A DNA stretch of 64,000 nt from Alphaproteobacteria bacterium. Lineage in GTDB: Bacteria; Pseudomonadota; Alphaproteobacteria; UBA6615. The stretch lies in contig JBDXCV010000001.1 of the NCBI GenBank assembly GCA_039980135.1, positions 74,914 through 138,913 of the forward strand. Reading direction: 5' to 3'. The notes below the pieces were generated by a model that was given only the letters and a program-made list of their open reading frames with translations, was not told where the DNA came from and did not search any database. Of the stretch, positions 59,181 to 64,000 are shown piece by piece (position 1 is the first letter of the stretch; each line of letters opens with the position of its first letter). The position numbers and the translations under genes were made by a program.

Positions 59181-59268
59181 CCACGCACGCTTGCGGGCAC
59201 CCCGGCGCTATGGCAAAAGTCGGACATGCGCTCGTCGGCGCTCCTCAAACGGATTTCCGGCCCTTTTC

Positions 59269-60150
59269 ATGACCCATCGCGTCCGCAAGGCGATTTTCCC
59301 CGTCGGTGGCATGGGAACCAGGTTCTTGCCTGCGACCAAAGCCATGCCCAAAGAGATGCTGCCGGTGGTTGACCGGCCGTTGATTCAGTACGCCGTCGAT
59401 GAAGCCCGGGCGGCGGGCATCGAGCAGTTCATTTTCGTGACGGGCCGCGGCAAGAGTGCAATCGAGGACCATTTCGACCGCAGCATCGAACTCGAGGCGC
59501 TCCTGGCGGCAAAGGGTAAATCGGCGGAACTGGACGATATACACGGCTCTCTGCTGCAACCGGGCAACATCGCCTATGTCCGCCAACAGGAACCGCTGGG
59601 CCTGGGACACGCGGTCTGGTGCGCGCGTCATTTGGTCGGTGATGAGCCGTTCGCCGTGCTGCTGGCCGACGATCTGATTCAGGCCGAGACGCCGTGTCTG
59701 CGTCAAATGGTCGATGTTTTCGAGACGACGGGCGGTAGTGTCATCGCCGCAATGGAAGTGCCCGACGCGCACACCTCGCGCTACGGCATCATCGATTCCG
59801 GGGGCGCGGAAGGCCGTGTCCGGCCGGTGACCGGGCTGGTCGAGAAACCGGCCCAGGGCAGCGCCCCGTCTAATCTTGCCGTGATCGGCCGCTACATCCT
59901 CACGCCCGAGGTGTTTTCGGAACTGGAACGCGGCGAAACGGGTGCGGGCGGCGAGATCCAGCTGACGGACGCGATGGCCAAACTGATCGGCCGGCAGCCG
60001 TTCCATGGCCTCGCCTTCGAGGGCCGGCGGTTCGACTGCGGCGACAAGCTCGGATTTCTCGAGGCGAATGTGGCATTCGCGCTCCAACGCGACGATCTGG
60101 GGCCGGGAACACGCGAGATGCTGGCGCGCATAGGAGGGCTGTCCGAATGA
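59269..60150 (+). CDS. galU: UTP--glucose-1-phosphate uridylyltransferase
   Basis: KAIFPVGGMGTRFLPATKAMPKEMLPV N-terminus and VEKP motif. 293 aa from the ATG at 59269. Confidence 0.9.
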   Translation: MTHRVRKAIFPVGGMGTRFLPATKAMPKEMLPVVDRPLIQYAVDEARAAGIEQFIFVTGRGKSAIEDHFDRSIELEALLAAKGKSAELDDIHGSLLQPGNIAYVRQQEPLGLGHAVWCARHLVGDEPFAVLLADDLIQAETPCLRQMVDVFETTGGSVIAAMEVPDAHTSRYGIIDSGGAEGRVRPVTGLVEKPAQGSAPSNLAVIGRYILTPEVFSELERGETGAGGEIQLTDAMAKLIGRQPFHGLAFEGRRFDCGDKLGFLEANVAFALQRDDLGPGTREMLARIGGLSE

Positions 60151-61469
60151 AGATCGCGATGGTGGGAACGGGATATGTGGGCCTCGTGTCGGGCGCATGT
60201 TTCTCGGAGTTCGGCTGGGATGTGGTCTGCGTCGATCTCGATGCGGACAAGATCAAGATGCTTGAGGCGGGCAAGATGCCGATCTACGAGCCCCGGCTCG
60301 ATGATCTGGTCGCGCGCAACGTGGCGGGCGGCCGGCTGAGCTTCACGACCGACCTGGCGGGCGCCGTTTCCGATGCCGATGCGGTCTTCATTGCGGTGGG
60401 GACACCATCGCGCCGCGGTGACGGCCATGCCGACCTCAGCTATGTGTTTCAGGCCGCCGAAGATATTGCGCGCAACGCCAAGGGCTACACCGTCGTCGTG
60501 ACCAAATCGACGGTTCCCGTCGGCACGGGCCGCGAGGTCATGAAACGCATCCGTGCCGCAGCTCCGGATGCCGACATCGATATCGCCTCGAACCCGGAAT
60601 TCCTGCGCGAGGGTTCCGCGATCGAGGACTTCATGCGCCCTGACCGGGTGGTGATCGGTGCGGATACGGAGAAGGCGCGAGAGACCGTCGCGAGCCTCTA
60701 TCGGCCTCTTTTCCTGCGCGACACGCCGATCATCCAGACGAGCCTCGAGACAGCGGAGCTCATCAAATATGCCGCCAACACATTTCTGGCGACCAAGATC
60801 ACCTTCATCAACGAGTTCGCGGATTTGTGCGAGAAGGTCGGTGCGGACGTCCAGGAGTTGGCCAAGGGGATCGGCCTCGACGGGCGGATTGGCGGCAAGT
60901 TCCTACACCCCGGTCCGGGTTATGGCGGGTCTTGTTTTCCGAAAGATACCGAGGCTCTGGTCCGATCGGCCCAGGATGCCGGGGCGCCCGTCACGATCGT
61001 CGAGCAGGTTGTCGCGGTCAACGCCGAACGCAAGGAGGCAATGGCGCGCAAGATCATCGCGGCCTGTGGCGGCAGCGTCGAGGGCAAGACGATCGCCGTG
61101 CTCGGGCTCACATTCAAGCCCAACACCGACGACATGCGCGATTCGCCCAGTCTGATCATCGTGCCGCGTCTCATGGAGGCGGGGGCGACCGTACGGACCT
61201 TCGACCCGGTCGGCATGGATGAAGCGAAGAAACTGCTGGAAGGACCGGTCTGGTGCCAGGATGCCTATGACGCGATGGACGGGGCGGATGCGGTGGCGAT
61301 CCTGACAGAGTGGAACGAGTTCCGCGGGCTTGATTTCCGGCGCATGCAATCACTCCTGAAGGCCCCCATCATGGTCGACCTCAGGAACATTTACCGACCC
61401 GAAGAAATGGCCGCCGCCGGCTATCACTACACATCCGTGGGCCGTGCTTCCGTAACCCCAGCCAGCTAG
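60147..61469 (+). CDS. ugd: UDP-glucose 6-dehydrogenase
   Basis: MKIAMVGTGYVGLV Rossmann motif, catalytic GGSCFPKD, and C-terminal UDP-binding domain. 440 aa. Confidence 0.9.
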   Translation: MKIAMVGTGYVGLVSGACFSEFGWDVVCVDLDADKIKMLEAGKMPIYEPRLDDLVARNVAGGRLSFTTDLAGAVSDADAVFIAVGTPSRRGDGHADLSYVFQAAEDIARNAKGYTVVVTKSTVPVGTGREVMKRIRAAAPDADIDIASNPEFLREGSAIEDFMRPDRVVIGADTEKARETVASLYRPLFLRDTPIIQTSLETAELIKYAANTFLATKITFINEFADLCEKVGADVQELAKGIGLDGRIGGKFLHPGPGYGGSCFPKDTEALVRSAQDAGAPVTIVEQVVAVNAERKEAMARKIIAACGGSVEGKTIAVLGLTFKPNTDDMRDSPSLIIVPRLMEAGATVRTFDPVGMDEAKKLLEGPVWCQDAYDAMDGADAVAILTEWNEFRGLDFRRMQSLLKAPIMVDLRNIYRPEEMAAAGYHYTSVGRASVTPAS

Positions 61470-61478
61470 AGGTTCCGC

Positions 61479-62864
61479 ATGGCGGATGCCCATTCGTTCG
61501 ATCTCACGATTCTGCGTGAGTATGATATCCGCGGGATCGTCGGTGAAACCCTGACGTCGCAGGATGCCTACGCCGTCGGCCGCAGTTTCGGTACCTGTGT
61601 GGTCGAGCGCGGGGGCGACCAGGTCGCGCTGGGGTTCGACGGGCGCCTGACGTCGCCGGAACTGGCGCAGGCCGTGCTCGAGGGTCTCATGGCCTGCGGG
61701 CTTGCGGTGAAACGGATCAACATGGGGCCGACACCCATGTTGTCCTTCGCGATCCGCCATCTGGAAACCGGTTCCGGCCTGATGGTCACGGGAAGCCACA
61801 ACCCGGCGGACTATAACGGGTTCAAGATGACCCTGGCCGGCAAGCCGTTCTTCGGCGACGACATCCAGCGCCTCGGTGAGATTGCACATTCTGCCGCCTA
61901 TGCCGAAGGCAACGGCAGCGTCGAGGATATCGACGTGCGCGAGGACTATGTGGCGGTCCTGGCGAAGGAACATGAGCCGATGCGCATGGCGCGCATCGCC
62001 TGGGACCCGGGCAACGGGGCCGGGGGCGAAGTCCTCAACATGCTCTGTTCGCGCATGCCCGGCCATCACCATGTGGTTAACGGCATCGTCGACGGCACGT
62101 TTCCCGGGCACCATCCCGACCCGACCGTGGCGGCTAATCTGGTCGACCTGCAAAACCATGTCGCGGAGCATGATTGCGAACTGGGGATCGCCTTCGACGG
62201 GGATGCCGACCGTATCGGTGTGGTTGACGGCAAGGGGCGTATCCTTTGGGCCGACCAGCTCATGATGCTGTTCGCCGAGGATGTTCTGCTCGACAATCCC
62301 GGCGCCACGATCATCGCCGATGTGAAGTCGAGCCAGGCCCTTTTCGACGAGATCGCCCGGCTTGGCGGCGTGCCGACGATGTGGAAGACGGGGCATTCGC
62401 TGATCAAGTCGAAGATGACCGAAACCGGTGCGCCGCTGGCCGGTGAAATGAGCGGTCACATTTTCTTCGCCGACCGCTATTTCGGCTTCGATGACGGCCT
62501 GTATGCCGCCGTCCGGCTGTTGTCGCTGCTGGAACGCAAGCGAGAGGCCCTGGCCGACCTTCTCGACAAGCTGCCCGTGGTTTGCAACACGCCCGAACTG
62601 CGTTTTCCCTGTGCCGAGGACCGGAAATTCGCGGTGATCGGCGAAGTCGAAGCCCGCCTGTCCGAGGCCGGGGCCGATGTATCGGGTATCGACGGCGTGC
62701 GTGTGAGCACTCCTGACGGCTGGTGGCTGTTGCGTGCATCGAACACCCAGGATGTATTGGTGGCCCGGTGCGAAGCGCGCGACGAAACGGGTCTTGCCCG
62801 GCTGAAACAAGACTTATCCGACCAGCTCGCGGCGAGCGGCATCGAGGCGCCGGAAGACCTCTGA
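61479..62864 (+). CDS. algC: phosphomannomutase/phosphoglucomutase
   Basis: Active-site TGSHNP (phosphoserine), FDGDADR metal loop, and sugar-binding GEMSGH. 461 aa. Confidence 0.9.
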   Translation: MADAHSFDLTILREYDIRGIVGETLTSQDAYAVGRSFGTCVVERGGDQVALGFDGRLTSPELAQAVLEGLMACGLAVKRINMGPTPMLSFAIRHLETGSGLMVTGSHNPADYNGFKMTLAGKPFFGDDIQRLGEIAHSAAYAEGNGSVEDIDVREDYVAVLAKEHEPMRMARIAWDPGNGAGGEVLNMLCSRMPGHHHVVNGIVDGTFPGHHPDPTVAANLVDLQNHVAEHDCELGIAFDGDADRIGVVDGKGRILWADQLMMLFAEDVLLDNPGATIIADVKSSQALFDEIARLGGVPTMWKTGHSLIKSKMTETGAPLAGEMSGHIFFADRYFGFDDGLYAAVRLLSLLERKREALADLLDKLPVVCNTPELRFPCAEDRKFAVIGEVEARLSEAGADVSGIDGVRVSTPDGWWLLRASNTQDVLVARCEARDETGLARLKQDLSDQLAASGIEAPEDL

Positions 62865-63004
62865 TTTCCGGGGTTTCGCTTGCCCGGCATGCGGTCAATT
62901 ATTTGCTCAGTATGCAAGATTGCCGGCGCATTTTGGATCGCCGCAGGCGTATCGAGCGCATACCCTGTTCTGATCGATAAGGTCGGACTATTCAGGTAGA
63001 GATC

Positions 63005-64000
63005 ATGACCGCCATGAAATTAGGTTACTTCGCCATGCCGGTGCATCCGCTGCACCGAGACTACACTCAGGTGCTGCGCGAGGACCGCGAGGCGGTCATT
63101 CTCTGCGATGAACTGGGGTTCCACGACGCGTTCATCGGCGAACATCTGACCGACAAGGCCGAGAGCATCACCAACTCGATGATGTTCCACGCGACGCTGA
63201 TTCACTCGACCAAACAGATCAAGCTCGCAACCGGGACGACGAACCTGTCCCACATGCACCCGGTCCTGGTCGCTGCCCATGCCGCCATGTTCGATCATCT
63301 CGCCGAAGGCCGGTTCATCATGGGCATCAGCCCCGGCGCGCTGCGGTCCGATGCGGAAGCGCTGGGAATGATCGACGAGGATCGCAACCAACTCTTCGCC
63401 GAAGCGATCGACGTGATTCTCGAAATCTGGGAACGGGACCCGCCCTACAACATCGATCTGCCGGACAACCGGTTCAAGGTCTCGACCGAGGTTTCGATTT
63501 ACGAGGAAGTCGGCGTCGGGATCATGCCGAAGCCCTACCAGCAGCCGCGGCCTGAAATCGTCGGTACGGTCGTCGCGCCCTTCTCAAAGGGCGTCATCGC
63601 CATGGGCGCACGGGATTTCCACCCCCTGTCGGCAAACTTCCTGATCGACAAATGGGCGGCGACCCACTGGGCAAACTACAAGCAGGGCAAGGAGAGCGCC
63701 GGTCAGGACGCCGACCCGGCAGACTGGCGCGTGGCAAGGACATTGTTTGTGGCCGACGATGACGCGACGGCGAAGCGTTATGGCAGGGACGATGCAAACA
63801 GCCCGTACCGATTCTACTACAGCCAGCTCTACAAGAAATTGAAGCGGTCGAACCGGCACACGGTCTTCGCGCATGATCGCGACGAGCCGGAATCGGCGAT
63901 TACGCTCGATCGCATCCTTGAGGACCTGGTGATCTGCGGCACCGTGAACGAGGTCGTCGACCAGATTCTCGCCCTGCGCGAGGTGACCGGTGATTTCGGC
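63005..64000 (+). CDS. LLM class (luciferase-like) flavin-dependent monooxygenase, 3' end outside window
   Basis: Open frame from ATG 63005 to the window end: MTAMKLGYFAMPVH...GEHLTDKAESITNSMMFHA...GTTNLSHMHPV, the typical LLM TIM-barrel N-terminus. Absent from the supplied ORF table because it has no stop. Confidence 0.7.
   Translation, partial: MTAMKLGYFAMPVHPLHRDYTQVLREDREAVILCDELGFHDAFIGEHLTDKAESITNSMMFHATLIHSTKQIKLATGTTNLSHMHPVLVAAHAAMFDHLAEGRFIMGISPGALRSDAEALGMIDEDRNQLFAEAIDVILEIWERDPPYNIDLPDNRFKVSTEVSIYEEVGVGIMPKPYQQPRPEIVGTVVAPFSKGVIAMGARDFHPLSANFLIDKWAATHWANYKQGKESAGQDADPADWRVARTLFVADDDATAKRYGRDDANSPYRFYYSQLYKKLKRSNRHTVFAHDRDEPESAITLDRILEDLVICGTVNEVVDQILALREVTGDFG

Noticed and set aside
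61350-62810. 486-aa minus-strand ORF
   Set aside because: Antisense to ugd 3' end and phosphomannomutase, both with canonical active-site motifs.
1-64000. CRISPR arrays, IS/transposase genes, integrases, tRNA/rRNA genes
   Set aside because: No direct-repeat/spacer arrays, no transposase or integrase-like ORFs, and no tRNA cloverleaf candidates were seen in intergenic regions. The tandem SDR and DUF3179 repeats are gene duplications, not mobile elements.

Overview
This is a high-GC (about 65%) chromosomal segment that looks alphaproteobacterial, based on MipZ, a DUF1489 protein, a bactofilin/M23-peptidase pair, an Irr/ICE-like iron box and GTP-PEPCK. Nearly all real genes can be read from codon usage. 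Long GC-driven antisense ORFs are frequent and were discarded. Gene content, in order:
- 1 to 10 kb: ABC-F ATPase 3' end, M20 peptidase, a cysteine-dioxygenase-like cupin divergent from a four-domain rhodanese, SDR, DksA/TraR, pyruvate kinase, GTP-PEPCK.
- 10 to 17 kb: GlnRS, a VOC dioxygenase with its TetR regulator and operators, a compositionally atypical (about 55% GC) 399-aa orphan ORF, and a three-ORF nitrile-hydratase-family cluster that I call thiocyanate-hydrolase-like (split beta subunit in scnB-scnA order, then a gamma/alpha-type subunit with motif CTLCSCYPR and a His/Asp-rich N-terminus), coupled to a 64-aa two-TM protein.
- 17 to 24 kb: M23 peptidase overlapping a bactofilin, threonine dehydratase, HAD dehalogenase, Slt lytic transglycosylase, dapA, smpB.
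- 24 to 38 kb: a complete but unusually decorated leucine/isovalerate (liu) catabolic island. It holds a MerR/LiuR regulator with a perfect 18-bp palindromic operator, ivd, RidA, two tandem SDR paralogs, a beta-carbonic anhydrase, a second ACAD, an HCCA-isomerase-like protein, mccB, liuC, a K+-channel gene wedged between liuC and mccA, and HMG-CoA lyase.
- 38 to 50 kb: an orphan receiver protein plus an HPt-like protein with Asn at the phospho-His position, DUF1489, an Fe(III) ABC importer behind an Irr-box-like palindrome, leucine dehydrogenase, and a GS-like / orphan CoxL-type Mo-hydroxylase / Fe-ADH operon.
- 50 to 64 kb: a 2OG oxygenase and DUF488, then a structured 5' leader with an intrinsic terminator in front of three tandem secreted DUF3179 paralogs. 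These run into a Mo-bisPGD oxidoreductase whose stop overlaps mipZ, followed by a VWA protein, a membrane J-domain protein, galU, ugd, algC/manB and a 5' partial LLM monooxygenase.
The most interesting candidates are the SCNase-like cluster with its atypical neighbour and small membrane partner, and the leader-controlled DUF3179 x3 / Mo-enzyme locus. No CRISPR arrays, IS elements, tRNA or rRNA genes were detected.
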